DNA of 64,000 bases from Oikopleura dioica (taxonomy: Eukaryota > Animalia > Chordata): assembly GCA_907165135.1 (NCBI GenBank), contig OU015566.1, forward strand, positions 11,470,001 through 11,534,000, read 5' to 3'. This document shows, in pieces, positions 47,950 through 61,420 of this stretch. The notes below the pieces were generated by a model. That model was not told the origin of the DNA and searched no databases. It saw only the letters and a program-made list of their open reading frames with translations. Numbering within the stretch: the stretch's first letter is position 1; every line of letters starts with the position of its first letter. The translations under genes were made by a program, and so were the position numbers.

Positions 47950-48827
47950 AAACAAAATTTTTGAACTCGAAAGAACCCTCAAGTCCACCGATGATGAACA
48001 GATAATGATCTCTAAGAGTCGCCACTCACCTGGGATGTTGGAAGATCAACCCTCAGTAATTAGAGTCACTGGCAAGTGGTTCGCTACTGGTTTTTCCATC
48101 AATAGCTGTCAGCAAAGAAAAGGGATTTAAGAACGGGAAACAAGTGCCAAGTTTGAAATGAGATAATGTGTACGCAAATTGACGGTCCGGGAAAACTACG
48201 AAAACGGCGGGTCGTAACGAGCCTGACGGGGATGGAACCTCAAATTTGATTTCAGAAGCTGTTATTTCTGGTTTCTGGAGAACATTCGGCGGACAAATTT
48301 GATATGCGCGTTATGGCTTCTCGTCGAACTTGACACGTCTTGTTGCACTACAAGTCTTCTCTGCGTAGAACATCCTCTAAGTTTTTACAGGCGACTAGAA
48401 ATTCGGGCTCCACGTTACAGTTTTGAACAATAACTAAAGATAAAAATGAAAAGTTCCGAAGAAAAATTGGATAAGAGAGCTTCTTTTCAAAGACCAAGGA
48501 AACCTCAAAACTAGCGATTATGAATATCTATTTCAACCATGGTCATTTTTGTCCTCAAGAATCAACAATCCATCAATTCTTTTGAATAAAAAATTCTCCC
48601 TGAAATTCAACAAATTTCAAGAGAAGACAGGCGATTGTATTTTGTCTGTCTAGATTTCGACCAGGGAGATCAAATACGAGACCAACGTCAAGCATAATTT
48701 CATGACGAGGATCCCTGATCATGAAAACCACGCGAGCGCTATGCGCGCGCACGCTCTCTTGCGCCAAAAATCGGACTTTATAAGGAATGCGCGCGCGTTC
48801 AAAGGTACTCTTAAGATCTCTTGTCAC
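47950..48827 (-). CDS. Possible multi-exon gene, divergent from the kelch-protein gene
   Basis: Coding-like minus-strand frames (KSTFERARIPYKVRFLAQ...; ICPPNVLQKPEITASEIKFEVPSP...). Model not resolved, boundaries approximate. Confidence 0.3.
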
Positions 48828-48925
48828 GTCTCCGTGGCTAAGGTGATTAAGAAATATAAATTTTTATAAAGAAAGTTATCTATTGAAAACAACACGAATA
48901 AGAACGAAGAAAAAAACAAAAGAAA

Positions 48926-51900
48926 ATGAAGGCTTCAGTGATTTCACTGATCCTTTTAGGAGGAACAGACGCTAGAAAACGTAAGTATCAGAGATAAACA
49001 AGAGGACCTTAACTCCCCAGTTATAGCCGCGTTGTCACTTTGAGAATTTTCACTCACTGCTATTTTTTATCTCGCTTGAAAAGAGACTCTCTCTCGTAAG
49101 TGGATTTAAAAATTTTCCAACCGGTTGTCAGTTTACGTCATAAAATCAAATCAATTTCTCTTGATCCGGCTTAACCTTACCGTATTCCCCCGCCAGTAGT
49201 TGCCAGCCTTCGAAATTGATTTCATTATTTTAGGTCACGAGAGACGGAGCAAAAACCACAGCCGTGCGCTTGCAAATGAAGCTCAGAGAATTTCACAGCT
49301 CAGTCCTCGAGTTCTTACTTCTTGTGTTCTCGATCGGGCTTCAGACTTGGCTCTACTGGAGACCTTCCAGTTTCTTGAGCCAGAAAGTGGGAAGCGCGTC
49401 TATTTCGGAACAGCGATTGACCCGATCCGTGGAAATCCTCAAGCAGCAAAGAACTCCATCGAAGGACACTTTGGCGAAGACGTAATCATGACTAGATCGA
49501 ATGGGTACTGCGATAAGGGAGCGTACAAGAGTTGGAACAAATGTAACATCAACGGAGAGTGCTTCGTCGAGTGCGAAGATGGTCTCTGTCACGATCAGCA
49601 TAAAAACGGGGAGCAGCGAATCGTCATTCCCAACGGCTGCCGAGACTGGTACCGCGCCTGTGCAACCGAATGTGCCAACGATTCCGAGTGCAACGCCTTC
49701 ACATTTCTCGACACAAACATTCTCGGCCATCCAGAGTACACTTGCCACTTCATGAAAAGCCTCACATGTAAACATTCTGCGCAGAATCTCAATGATCCGC
49801 GATCTTCATTCCATGTCAAAGGCGCATATATGGAAGGTCTCTTCGAAAAATATTCAGCAAATAGCTTCGCAGAACTTGATGCAAGCTTGTCGGTTGATCC
49901 GGATTTCAAATACGGTCATTGGAGCAGCTGGGGATACCATGAGTGCCGTCAAACTCCGGCTCCGGCTTGTGGAGAAGGCGTTATAAAACGATCTCGAGTG
50001 CTCGAAAGTGGCTCAACTGAACATGAAAGTCGGCCTTGCAATTACTCCAACGACGATGGAGAGCTAATCGTCTGCGAAGATATCACTAATGGTGAGGGAG
50101 ACGAGGAAGATCCAGGACACGGATGGACTTCTTGGGGCGATTGGAGCACTTGCTCAAAGACTTGCGGCGGCACTGGCTTCCGATCCCGCTTCAGAGCTTG
50201 TGGACAATGCACTAACCCGGACGAAAATGGACTTTGCAGCGAAGTTTCATACGTTGATGCAATTCCTTTTGTCGGCGCATCCCTAGAATTCTGCCCAGAA
50301 GGCGGTGAAATGGAAGAAGAAACATGCCAACTTGGTCAATGCTTGCCAGGAACTCACGGCCGAACCGGATGGAAAAGAGCGGGACAACGCGAGTTCAAAA
50401 TCCGAAATATGTGGAACATTGCTAAAACCGAGGGTTTCACAAGAACTCTTGAAGATTGGGAAGGTGGCTGCAGAAATATTGACGAAGCCTACAAAGTGAT
50501 CAATTTGGATTCATCTGCTCAAGAGCCTTCTTTCCACAATCCAAGATTCACATTTGCTGAATGTATGAGAATCTGCCAGTTGGAAGAGAAAGATGATTGC
50601 TTGTCGGTCATGTTCTTCAAGTCTGAACGCGTTGGTGCTCCCGATGTCAAGCGATTTTACGGAAACGACGCAGAGGGAAATCCACTTGAGGGAAATTGCT
50701 ATCTTTTCAACAAACGATGCCACGAAGATGGCCAGCCTCGAGATGCTGCCTACCTCCAAGCTCAGCGAGAAGAAAAAGAAGCTGCAGGTGAGACTTTTAC
50801 TGGAAAAGCTGCAGCTTTCTCTTGGTACGCTTACAAGGATCTTTGCCACGCTCCTAAATCAGTCGCTCTGAATCCATGCAACATGATGGGAACTTATTTC
50901 CGAGCTACTTGCGACTCATCCGGCTCCAGAGGATTTCCAAATACAGACGTCTGCCGATGCCCAACTTCCGGTGATCGTCACACTGAAACCCGGGCTTTCG
51001 GTAACCCCTACGCTGCTGCCTGGAAATACAACCCCGAACTTGGTGAATTTCAAAAACGAACTCACAATGCTGCTTTGGGCAAGGGACCAACATTCTATTC
51101 GAAATTCAAGTACAGCAGAAGAGTTTTCGCAGGAAAGTCTTTGGAAGAATATGAAGAAATCATGAACGAGGGATCAATGGCCTGCCACAATCCTTGCGAG
51201 CATAATCGATGTGCCAGTGGCTCAGAATGCAGGCTCAACTCAGAAGCTGAGTTTGGATACGACTGCATCTGTCAGTGGCCAACGGTGCCAGATTCAAGCC
51301 GATTTGGCGAAGGTAAGCTTATTCAAATCGACCACAGGTGTGTTATCGTTGTTTAGGACTTTTACCACTCGGAAAAGCTGGTTATGGAACGAATAACGGT
51401 TGCATTGCCGTTGATCAACGTAACGTTGCGGCCGACTATAAAGATAATCTGATTTTGTACGGTGGTGGTTGGAACTCGCAACCTGTCCCAACTGGCCCTC
51501 TTCCGAAACCCCATTATCAATATTACGGGTGAGTTGATTTATATATTTCTGCTCATTTTCTTTTGGCACGCCTCTTCATCAATCATTTAGTCTTGAATCG
51601 GAGAGCCCGTACAAATTCAAAGTCATCCACGCTCCTCAAAAGATTCCGGCCCCATCTCCATCTGCTCACAAGGCCAAGTTCTACAACTGCATGATGAACA
51701 TCGACGAAAACAAAGTCATGGTTGTCGGTGGACGCCCAGGTCAATTCTTCGACATTTGGGACGACAAAACATTCGTCTATGAATGGAAAAAGGGTGCCAA
51801 CGGAATCGAGGATGAAGGTCAATGGATCGGCGCTGACGGTAGCTGGATGAATGATACCAAAGAAAGCTGCGAGGGACTTTCTGGTTGCATGCGACACAAC

Positions 51901-54092
51901 GACTGGCCTGACTTCCCCTCTACTTCTGTTTTGAATTGTGAAGGACAGTGCCGAGACGGCCAAATGGGTAGAGGTCCTACCAATCCTCGATGGATCAATT
52001 CTTACTGCACGATTGATGCTGATTTCTACGACGGAAGCAACTGGGTTAACCAGAAATTCGAGCTTTGCCGACACCGACTCGTTCAAAGCGACGATGGTAT
52101 TACCGTCGAAGGCCTCGAGGGACTCTGGTCAAGCGAAGAAAACACTGACTTTGAAGAACAGTGGGCACAGTATAACTTGGCTATTCGAAAGACAATCACT
52201 TTCTACAGACAGACTCAGCTCCATTCTCCCGACGTAGAAGATGCGCTCTTCCAAACACATCAGATGTTCCAGGGCGATTCGTATTTGATGACCGGAGAGC
52301 TCCGATGGAAATACCCAATGGACTCGAGCCTCTACTCACCCATCCTCGGCCCAGTTCACTATCGAGATATTATGCAGACCCAGGGCTTGCCGAATACCAT
52401 CCGTCCCATCTTCAGAGAGACTGTCAAGGAGTACCATGGTCCAGGTCAACCTGCTTGTGGTATGATGGGCAACCGAGCGTACGTCGGTTCAGGAAAGTTC
52501 TCTCGTCTGATGTCACTTGATGTCACTGCCGCTACAGAGCAACTCTGGCGAGTCGAAGACGGTTCCGAGTTCCCTTACCCATACAAAAAGTCTGATGGTT
52601 CTCAATGCCTCATGTACAACGCCAATGGAGCCGACTCTTCCCAATGGACCAGAGATCAGCTTCCCAACTACAGACAAAACTTCGGAACAGTAGTCACAAG
52701 CCAAGGATTGTGGGTGATCGGAGGTCTCATGGCCCCATCCGCTGATTTGCCGGGACGAAACTTGAACAAGAAATACAACGTTGAAGGTTGCACCAAACAC
52801 TCGCACTTGAAAGACGTTTGGGTTTTCAATCCAAATGGATGGACTCGAAACGACATTCTCGGAGACGCTCGATCGAAATACTCTGGTTTTACCGGAAGTG
52901 AAATTCTTCCGGAAAAAATTGGATATCCATTCGGAAACGGTATTGAATCGCGAATCTCCACTTCACTCCCTCAGACCTTTGAAGAATTCCATCTCTCGGA
53001 CACACCAAGCGGTCCGTTTGATTTGTCCATTGATTCTGCTCTTGCTGAAGGATGGGGATGCACAGGTGTCCAAGGAAAGTGGTGTCGAAAGCCGTATCTG
53101 CCCCGTGAAACAAAGGGAGCTGAGAGCTTTGTCATGTGCTTTGAGCCTGGAACTGGAACCGAGGACTTTTCCTACGTCCGACGAGGCTCAAAAAAGACGA
53201 TTCCTCGACGACCACGAGTTTGTTCCGTTGAAGAAACTAAAAATTCGGTAATTTTAAATGTTGTGAATTCAAGTAATCTACGAATATTTCTAGGACAACC
53301 GATGCATCTGTTACATCATGAATATTTCCGGCCAATCAGGACCAAAACAAACTCCTGGAGGAGCTGGCTTCCGGCCGGAAATCGACTATTTGGAAGTACC
53401 CAGAGCTGACGGAACTTATGGTTCTGATCATGAAAGGTACACCAAAACAACTAATCGCGTCGGTATCCATATTTTCAGTTATGCGGATGAGTTGAAAGAA
53501 TACTGCCCAGGTGCTGAGCCATCCTATCCAGGGATTGATGAGCCAATCATCCACGGAAACGAAACCGCTGTTGCCGACTACTCCGAGTGCACACCAGTTT
53601 GCGACGTCGAAGGTGCTCCCGCTTGCAACCGAGTTTGGCACAAGAAAAATCTTCGATCCGCCTGGCACGAAGCCGGTCGAATCAAACATCCCAGAATGGG
53701 CTTCCTCGCCGGACAGCTCAAGGGAGAGATCATCGTCTGGGGCGGAGAGTGCTACGGCCCTTCTAACACCCGTCAGTGGAACCTGGACGGAACTCTTCGT
53801 GCGACCAGAGTCGACTTCCAGCCAAGATCGTGCAAAGTCGACGTTCAAGGCGGAAAGACTGTTAATGATGACTACATGGAGGTTTGATATCGAATGATCT
53901 AAAATCGAGAAAAAATTTATGGACACATTTTCTTATAATTCTTAGGTCTTCTCATTCTTGCGCATGAACTCAGCCGGCTACATCTTCGGTGAGCGTCGTT
54001 ATGTCGAATTCGATGGCTACGTCGACGGCCGAGCTGGTCACGGAGAAGCTGCAGTCGCCCAGGCTTTCAATGCTTTCAACAAGGCATTTTAA
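48926..54092 (+). CDS. Large secreted PAN/apple-TSP1-EGF-kelch mosaic protein
   Basis: Signal MKASVISLILLGGTDA; PAN-like CATECANDSECNAFTF and CMRIC...CLSVMF; TSP1 WTSWGDWSTCSKTCGG.GFRSRFR.C; EGF CEHNRC..GSEC......YDCIC; kelch-like VMVVGG, LWVIGG..KDVWVF, IIVWGG. Confidence 0.85.
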
Positions 54093-54370
54093 ACTCAAAG
54101 AAAAACATCGCCAAAAAAAGATTACGTTAAACGAGAATCAACAAGACGAGTTTTTATAATTATGAAAAAAATTAATGTACAGTTCTGCTTTTTCACTTGT
54201 AAATGACCACTTCAAACTTTAGTATTTGACTCTTTTTACTTGTATAAATACAACTTGCTTTCAAAAATACCCTGCCTCGCCTGATTGTTACGGCTTTTGT
54301 TTGTTCAACTATTTGATTTCGATGACGCATAATTTCAAGAAGAGTTCGATAATTTAGAGAAAGAGAGATC

Positions 54371-55652
54371 ATGAGCTTGGAAGCAATAAAGTACGAGCGG
54401 GGAAGCTTGGAGATCTTGGATCAGCTGAAGCTCCCATTGATTTCTGAGTACATCAGAATAAGGACGATCGAGGATGGTTATGTAAGTTGATTAACAACGA
54501 AAAAAATCGGCACGTGACTTGGTTTAGCGGGCGATCAAGCAGATGAATGTCCGTGGGGCACCGGCGATCGCAATTGTTGGATGTCTAAGTGTAGCCATTG
54601 AAGGATCGTTTTTATATCGCAGCTTTTCTTGCTAGAAATCTTTGACAAACCAAAAGCAAGTTGATAGAAAAGAGTTCGAAGACGAAAATTTATTGAAAAC
54701 TTTCGTTGTTGATGGGTTCAACAGACTTGTTTCAGCCCGTCCAACTGCTGTAAACATGACGTAGGAATTATAAACAGAGCTTCCTTTTGTTACGGAAAAA
54801 TTCAGAGAAGCAGCTCAAAGATACTCTCAAGTTGATTCCTGGCTAGTTAGAGGAGATCTCAAAGCGTCAAAGACGAGGCTCCTTGCCAAGCTTGAATCGG
54901 AGATGGAAGCTGACATCAAGACCAACAAGCTTATCGGTGACCACGGCGCTGAAGAGATTCGAAAGATCGTTGGCGAACAAGTTACAATCCTCACTCATTG
55001 CAACACCGGCTCGCTAGCTACGGCTGGATACGGAACTGCTCTAGGCGTCATTAGAAGTCTCTATCGAGACAAAGCTCTTTACCATGTCTTCTGGTTATTA
55101 TCATTGCATATTTTTAATCCACAGCTGATCCATCTTTAGTACTGAGACGCGCCCTTATAATCAAGGGTCGCGTCTGACAGCGTACGAGCTGGTTTATGAA
55201 AAAATCCCGGCAACGTTGATTGCCGATTCGATGGTCAGTGCTGCGATAAAAGAAAAAGGCATAAATTGCATTGTTGTTGGAGCTGATAGAGTTGCGAAAA
55301 ATGGCGACAGTGCCAATAAAATTGGGACTTTTCAACTTGCCGTTGTTGCGAAGCATTTCAAAATCCCGTTTTACATTGCTGCTCCTTTCACTACCATTGA
55401 TTTCAACTGTGAAAGTGGAGATCAAATTGTGATTGAAGAAAGATCTCCAAAAGGTAGAACTTAAAAGCGAAGACAAAAATGAGCATTTTTCAAGAGTTGA
55501 CTAAAATAGGCGGGAAACGAATTGCAGCTGAAGGAATCAATGTCTGGAACCCAGCATTTGACGTGGCTCCGGCGGAATTGATCGAAGGAATCATTACTGA
55601 GAGAGGAGTTTTCAAGCCAGACGAGCTCAAAAACCAGATGAATGTTGAGTAA
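54371..55652 (+). CDS. MRI1: Methylthioribose-1-phosphate isomerase
   Basis: [98 protein letters not shown]. Confidence 0.97.
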
Positions 55653-55692
55653 AAAACTTGTGTTTTATTGAGAATTGTAATAAAGAGGAAAA

Positions 55693-56540
55693 CTATCTCT
55701 GATATGCGGCAGATCGCACATGACGTTCGTGTTGAACCAGGACGCAGCAGTAGCAACAGAGAGCCGTCAAATAGTCCCTAAAACTCCTTTGAAGTGCACT
55801 CAAAATTTTGCTCTTACTTAAAGTAATTCGTCGGAATCGATGATTTTCGCATGATTTCTTGTCGTTGTTGGCAAAGGACAAAAGCAGCAAGCTTCGAATT
55901 TATGATGAAATCCGTTCAAAATTGAATAATTGACTTACAAATGTTCCAATCCATTCAAAAACTCCAGCAGCAATGTAGCATCCATGTGAAGTTATGCAAC
56001 ATTCCTGAGACATCACCATTGTATAGTTAGTGATCTCCCCCAAACTGTAAAGAGCCGTTTGAGTTGTAACTTTTTGGTGTTTTTTTAAGTGAGCTTATGA
56101 TTCATAAGTTATGAAAGATCTCATTTTCCCGCTGAAAACATTCCTCGGTTTTGATCGACATGCTGCTGAATCTCATAAAATGAAAGACAGGGAAGAAAAG
56201 TTGCTTTCAAGCAAAGACCAAATTCATCGAAGCAGCTGAACAGACCGTGGCTAAAGTCTGGTACACCGTGGATTATTGGCTTATTTGTGGTTCAACTGGA
56301 TGAAATCCATTAAAAAGATTATTATTCTTTACAAATTGGACCCAAAAACTGTTGATCGGGCATTGGTTGGGTCAAGACTGGTTGAACTGGTGGAACATTT
56401 GAATATATTTCTGCCTGTTTTTGCTCGAGAACATGATTGTAAGCAGGAGGCGCCTCAGTAACTGCCGGCTGATCAGCTGAAACTCTATTGATAATTTCTT
56501 GCTCTCCTCGAGCCATTGCCTCTCTTGATTTTTCTTCCAT
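55693..56540 (-). CDS. PLAC8/cornifelin-family Cys-rich protein
   Basis: P/Q-rich N-terminus with a PPAY motif; DFSHGLFSCFDEFGLCLKATFLPC; LCQQRQEIMRK; DYLTALCCYCCVLVQHER. Confidence 0.8.
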
Positions 56541-56883
56541 TTTTTCACGCGAAAATTTCGGTGCTTCTCTGTGAATAGGCTTGGACTCAAATTTTATTTG
56601 CGAATGATGTTTGAATATTTGTTCTGTTAGTATCCACACGTCAGAAGATTGGGAGGGAGTTGTTGGCAGTTTACTGTAATTCTATCGGATCAAACTTGCA
56701 AACACCGCTAAGTTATGAATGTGGAAGATCTTTGTTTCTAGAACACCAGTTGTTGTGGAGCTTGTCCGGGCATCAGTCAGTCAGTTTGAAAGGGGCCTGA
56801 TTCAGGGGAAGGTTGAGCCGGTTTTCGTTGATTTTAAATCAAACTTCGAAAGTCGAATCAACCCTCTTTAGTTCACAGAAAAG

Positions 56884-58448
56884 ATGAGCAGTCAGGAGGA
56901 AGAACAAGCGCAGCAAAAAAGGGGCCGCCGAAAGTCAATCGATGGACACTTCATCAGCAACGACCTTCACGAAGTGATGCCTTCCCAGAATTTGTTATCA
57001 GATACGTTCATAAAACCGCCAGTACAAAAGTCGAAAAAGAGGAAAACTCTCTCAGAAATGCATGCAATAAGTAACGGGTCAATAGTAAAAATCATTATTT
57101 TAGTTTTTTTCTTATTATTATCATTAGATTTTTCAACGAGTTACTGACCCTTTTCTAAGAGATAGAAGCGATAGAGCCGTAAGAAGAGCTAGTGTTGCGC
57201 CGAATTTTAACTTTGGTAAGTCCCGACAATTCTTGTAATTAGTAGATCATATGATTTGTATCAAACTTTTCGTTATTGAATAAACTTCATCAGGATACTA
57301 AAGTAAAAAGTGAACGAAAAGAAACAGAGGAAAAGAAATACTTTTATGTTGAGAGAGCAGTGTGAAATTGCTAACTGAGGAAAACAAAATCAAAATATGG
57401 CTATTTTTTAGTTTTTAGTTTACCTTGGCGCTCGACTAAAAACAGCCATATTTTGATTTTGTTTTCCTCAGTTAGCAATTTCACACTGCTCTCTCAACAT
57501 GAAAGTATTTCTTTTCCTCTGTTTCTTCTCGTTCACAGTATCCTGATGAAGTTTATTCAATAAACGAAAACGTTTGATACAAATCATATGATCTACTAAC
57601 GAAGTCAACAAAAAGATAAAATTCTTGTAATTGTTTCTCACTTGTAATTTTTAGTTGTCGAAGAGGGAATTTTGGAAGATTTATGCGTAGGCATAACGCA
57701 CAAAAAAATCAACTTTTTCCCTGTAATAGATACAAGTTTGAAACTTTGGGAGCAACTAAAACACCAAAAATGACTTTTCAAAAGCTTGGATGGCACGAAA
57801 AATCAATTTTTTGGCAACTTTGGGGTACTAAAAAAGTACTAAATTTTAAATTTTTGAAATTTTTTTTTTGTTGAAATGTTGTCAGAGCGCAAAGATCTAT
57901 ATGATAGGTGAAAATTAGCTTCCTACGACTTTCAGATAAAAAGTCGATTTTTTGTGCGTTATGCCTATTTATGCGAGATAGCTGGCGAAGAAGCTGAAAT
58001 GGGCGGCGAAATCATGCTGAGCGACGATAAGACGGATCTGCTCAAGCGAATATCTAAAAATAATAATACAAAGGATATATTCAAAAACCAAGAGTCGTAT
58101 CAAAGCTTCATCAACAACAAGATCATCGGAAGTGAGAGCTCAAGTTTAGAGCTCACTACGAGCATTAAAGCATCAGTCACAAGGTAAGAATTTATCAAAA
58201 GTGAACAATCGACAATTTACAGTGAACTAACAAGCGCTGCAAGCTCAACATTATGCAGCAAGTCTTCATCGATGGACCGGAAAAAGTCGCTGGCAACTGT
58301 TCCTAAAGGCAAAATCGCAACGCAAATCGCTACTCAAACGAACATAACCTCCGAAGAAGCAGCGATGGAGATCGTCGAGCAAAATGCCAAGAAAGAAAAA
58401 AGCCTCCTGTCCAAGGTCAAAAAGATTATTCTCTGCAACAAAAGCTAG
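56884..58448 (+). CDS. Ser/Lys-rich protein of unknown function whose locus carries two MITEs
   Basis: Exons 56884-57077, 57160-57215, 57655-57686, 57978-58183 and 58223-58448 join in one frame via GT-AG. Confidence 0.65.
57239..57599. mobile_element. Foldback MITE in intron (possible TA TSD)
   Basis: Arms 57239-57412 and 57435-57599 are near-perfect inverted repeats with one ~10-nt indel. Ends are TTAGTAGATC / GATCTACTAA. Confidence 0.85.
57688..57967. mobile_element. hAT-type MITE, 280 bp, inserted into coding sequence
   Basis: ~30-bp TIR TAGGCATAACGCACAAAAAAATC.ACTTTT; 8-bp TSD TTTATGCG at 57680-57687 and 57968-57975. Confidence 0.92.
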
Positions 58449-58800
58449 ACATGCATAAACACTCCTCGTTTCAATAAACGCTATATTTTATTAAAAAACT
58501 AATGTTACTATTTCATCAATCGCAGCAATAAATGGCCATCAGAGTCTAAAAAAGCTAAAAATTTTGTCGAAAATGACCCATTTACGAAGAAAAATGCGAA
58601 CTGTTCGTTTATAACGAGCACTCTAAAGTCGCGACTTACGTAAATTCGGTTATTGCTACTTGAGCTTAACGCATAACTCGAGATAAGATTAAAAACACAC
58701 CACAAACACGCCAAGCGCGCATTCTACATGCGGTTCTAGCGCTATAAAAGCAGAAAACGCGGCCATATTTTCACAGAGAAAAAAAAGTAATCGACCAAAA

Positions 58801-59301
58801 ATGAAACTTTTCGCCATTTTCGCCGCTGCCGCCACTGCTCAGTCTCTCGGCAACGAGACTCGTATGTACGGAGCTGATGGTGCTGCTGCTGGAAGTGCTT
58901 CTGCAGGATGCCAGGGCCCAGTCTGCGTTGCTGCTGTTGAGGCTATCGAAGCTGCCACTGCTCAGTTGCACGCCGATCAAGATGCTACCAGAGCTGCTCA
59001 CGAAGCTGTAAGTATTTTATTTCTACTAAGAGTGTAATCAAGAATAGGAATGCTTTCTGAATCTTTCCCAAGCTAAAAATCGTGACCCTTTAATTTTAGA
59101 AAATTAAACATATTTTTCAAGGAACGACAGGACAAACAACTTGAGCAACAACAGATCCAGGCTGATTTCGACGCTGCCATGGCACAATGGCAAAATGAGA
59201 CTGCTGAAATGAACGAGAGACATCAGCTTGATTGGCAAGCGTTCGGTGATGAATGGGCTGCCATTAACGCCGAGTGGGCTAACGTCGACTGGTCTTACTA
59301 A
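58801..59301 (+). CDS. Small secreted Ala/Gln/Trp-rich helical protein
   Basis: Signal MKLFAIFAAAATA. A GT-AG intron joins to ERQDKQLEQQQ...EWAAINAEWANVDWSY*. Confidence 0.8.
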
Positions 59302-60689
59302 ACGCGGGATCTTGCAATGAAGATATTCGAAAGAAAAAGCTTCTATATCCAATAAATCTGTTAAATTGTCTCAAATACAAACACATTATAAAAAAGTTCT
59401 CTTTATTTCGAAAAAAATAAGTTTGCTAAACGATAAATTCTCAAAAGCATAAAATTTCAATTTTAAATTAGTCATGACTCATGAGTATTTTATACATTAT
59501 GCCCAGTTCTAAAGAGAACTGTTAAGGGACCACCCGCTACGAGCTCGCGCGGCTTTTTTGGGCGATTTTTCAGTGGCGGCCACTGTGGCGCTAAAAACAA
59601 GAGAATCTTAGATTGTCAGATTCTCTCTTCAGGTATAAATAGATCCATCTTTGGTCTATGAACTTCCTTTTCAAGCAACATTTATGATCAAATTTCGTTA
59701 TCATAAATAAATTTTATGCTTTCTTGTTTGAAGCGATTGTCGAAAATCGACAAAGCTGTTTTCAAAAGGCATCAGCTCCTAAAATACTTGTTACTTGAAG
59801 TTATAAATACCCTCATCGAACAGCGCATTCAATTTTGACCAGGGCATTGCTCGCATGGTCTTCAAATTTTGCTTATATCCGGTCTAAATCAGTGGAGTAA
59901 CTCAGTGTGAAGCCGGTGTCGCGCAGCATGAAGCGCGCGTATTCAGCCCAAATAGTGCAAATTCTCCGCCGTGCGTAGGAAAAATGATAATCGTGTGCGA
60001 GTGCTCTCTGAAGTACTAATGGAAACTCATAAATATTTTTTCCTTCCGACATTGCAAATGTCCCTTTGATTTGATAAGAGATTTATCCTTGAGAAACGAC
60101 TTTCGATTCTCACCTGACACATCCGCAGCTTGATCCGTCCTTCAGTTTTCGGCAGAAAATTATCACTCAATAAGCAATCGAAAGTTGTCAAAATATTGGC
60201 CCTTGAACAATTCGCCAGTTATACTTAAAATAATATATCGTATTATTGATATTGATATTGATATATTGATTGATTAAACCTTCTTCCTGTCATTGTCAGG
60301 GAGACGACGCAAGAATTGTCAACCAGACTGAAGATAAAGGGTATGGAATTTCGCGTTACTGACTTCCGAAGTCGGCCATCGTCGGCCGCCTTCGGATTTT
60401 TTACGAATCAAAGCTATTGTCTTTCGCAACACTCATAAGATAACAGACTCGCTTGGCAAATATGAACACCTGAGTTCACTTTGGTGTGACGTTCATGTAC
60501 GAGTAAATATTTGCTGCTGCTGATCTATTTTAGTTCTCTAAACTTGCATTATAACCACTTAGCAAACTCATCGGTGAAACAGTTTTATTTCTTATGACCT
60601 TATCAAAAGGTCTTTGCATCTATAAAGATAGCAGTGGGAAAGTCCTGAAATAATTAAGAAAGCGATTGACAGGGGAGCAGGAAGTATTT

Positions 60690-61145
60690 TTACAATCGTA
60701 AAAGTCTGATGAAAGCGCGGTCGCCATCCCAGCCGCCATCGATTGCGAATTTCAGTCGAGGCTTGAGAGCTTCTTCCTTCAGCCAGAACTTGAGCAGGGC
60801 GTCGCGAGTGTAGTTCGGAATCAGGTTGAAGTCCGCAGCGCCGTAGGTTTCGGTGAGAAAGTCGCATCCGACGCCCGAGTAGATGGAGGCAGAGATGAGC
60901 GATTGAATCATGATCTCGGTGAAGCAAGAGACGCGCTCGAGGGCGAAATCGGGATGGGTCAATTTATACTTGTTCAAGCATCGTTTGTAGTCGACGATCG
61001 TTCCGATCATCCGATCGAGGATGCGGTCGAATTTGGAGGACTTCTTGTGCAAACGCTTCATTTTCTCAAGATGCTTTCTGACATCCATCAATCGTGCTAC
61101 CTCGAAGAACTGAAACTGTAATTCCATCCCAGCTCGTGTTTCCAT
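60690..61145 (-). CDS. 151-aa ORF of unknown function
   Basis: Open frame with GC3-rich codon usage and an acceptor before the ATG. No recognised homology. Confidence 0.55.
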   Translation of the reverse strand: METRAGMELQFQFFEVARLMDVRKHLEKMKRLHKKSSKFDRILDRMIGTIVDYKRCLNKYKLTHPDFALERVSCFTEIMIQSLISASIYSGVGCDFLTETYGAADFNLIPNYTRDALLKFWLKEEALKPRLKFAIDGGWDGDRAFIRLLRL

Positions 61146-61420
61146 TCTGGATGAATATCAGAATCACAAAAAAATGTTTCTTCTTTGGTCAAAGAAAAAG
61201 GTTCGAAATTTTTTTTAAACTCTCAATTTTCGTTTTGATTGTTTTTACCTGAAGCGTGGGAATATAAGCACGTCCGCAACAGCGCCTGAATTTGCGTAGA
61301 GCGCCACCAAATTTATGACTTTTGATGGCATATTTAACCTTACGCTGCCCAAAAACGTTTAAAGCTAAATTCACTTTCTATTAAATTCTGACGCCTAAAG
61401 GGGGTCGCCAAAACTCTTAA

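Noticed and set aside
54604-54660. GA- or GG-donor intron in MRI1
   Set aside because: It is probably non-canonical, but the donor lacks the AAAGG pattern and end-pairing is only ~6 bp. It is a weak case or counter-example for the stem model.
60240-60275. (ATATTG)n microsatellite-like run
   Set aside because: Ordinary low-complexity sequence.
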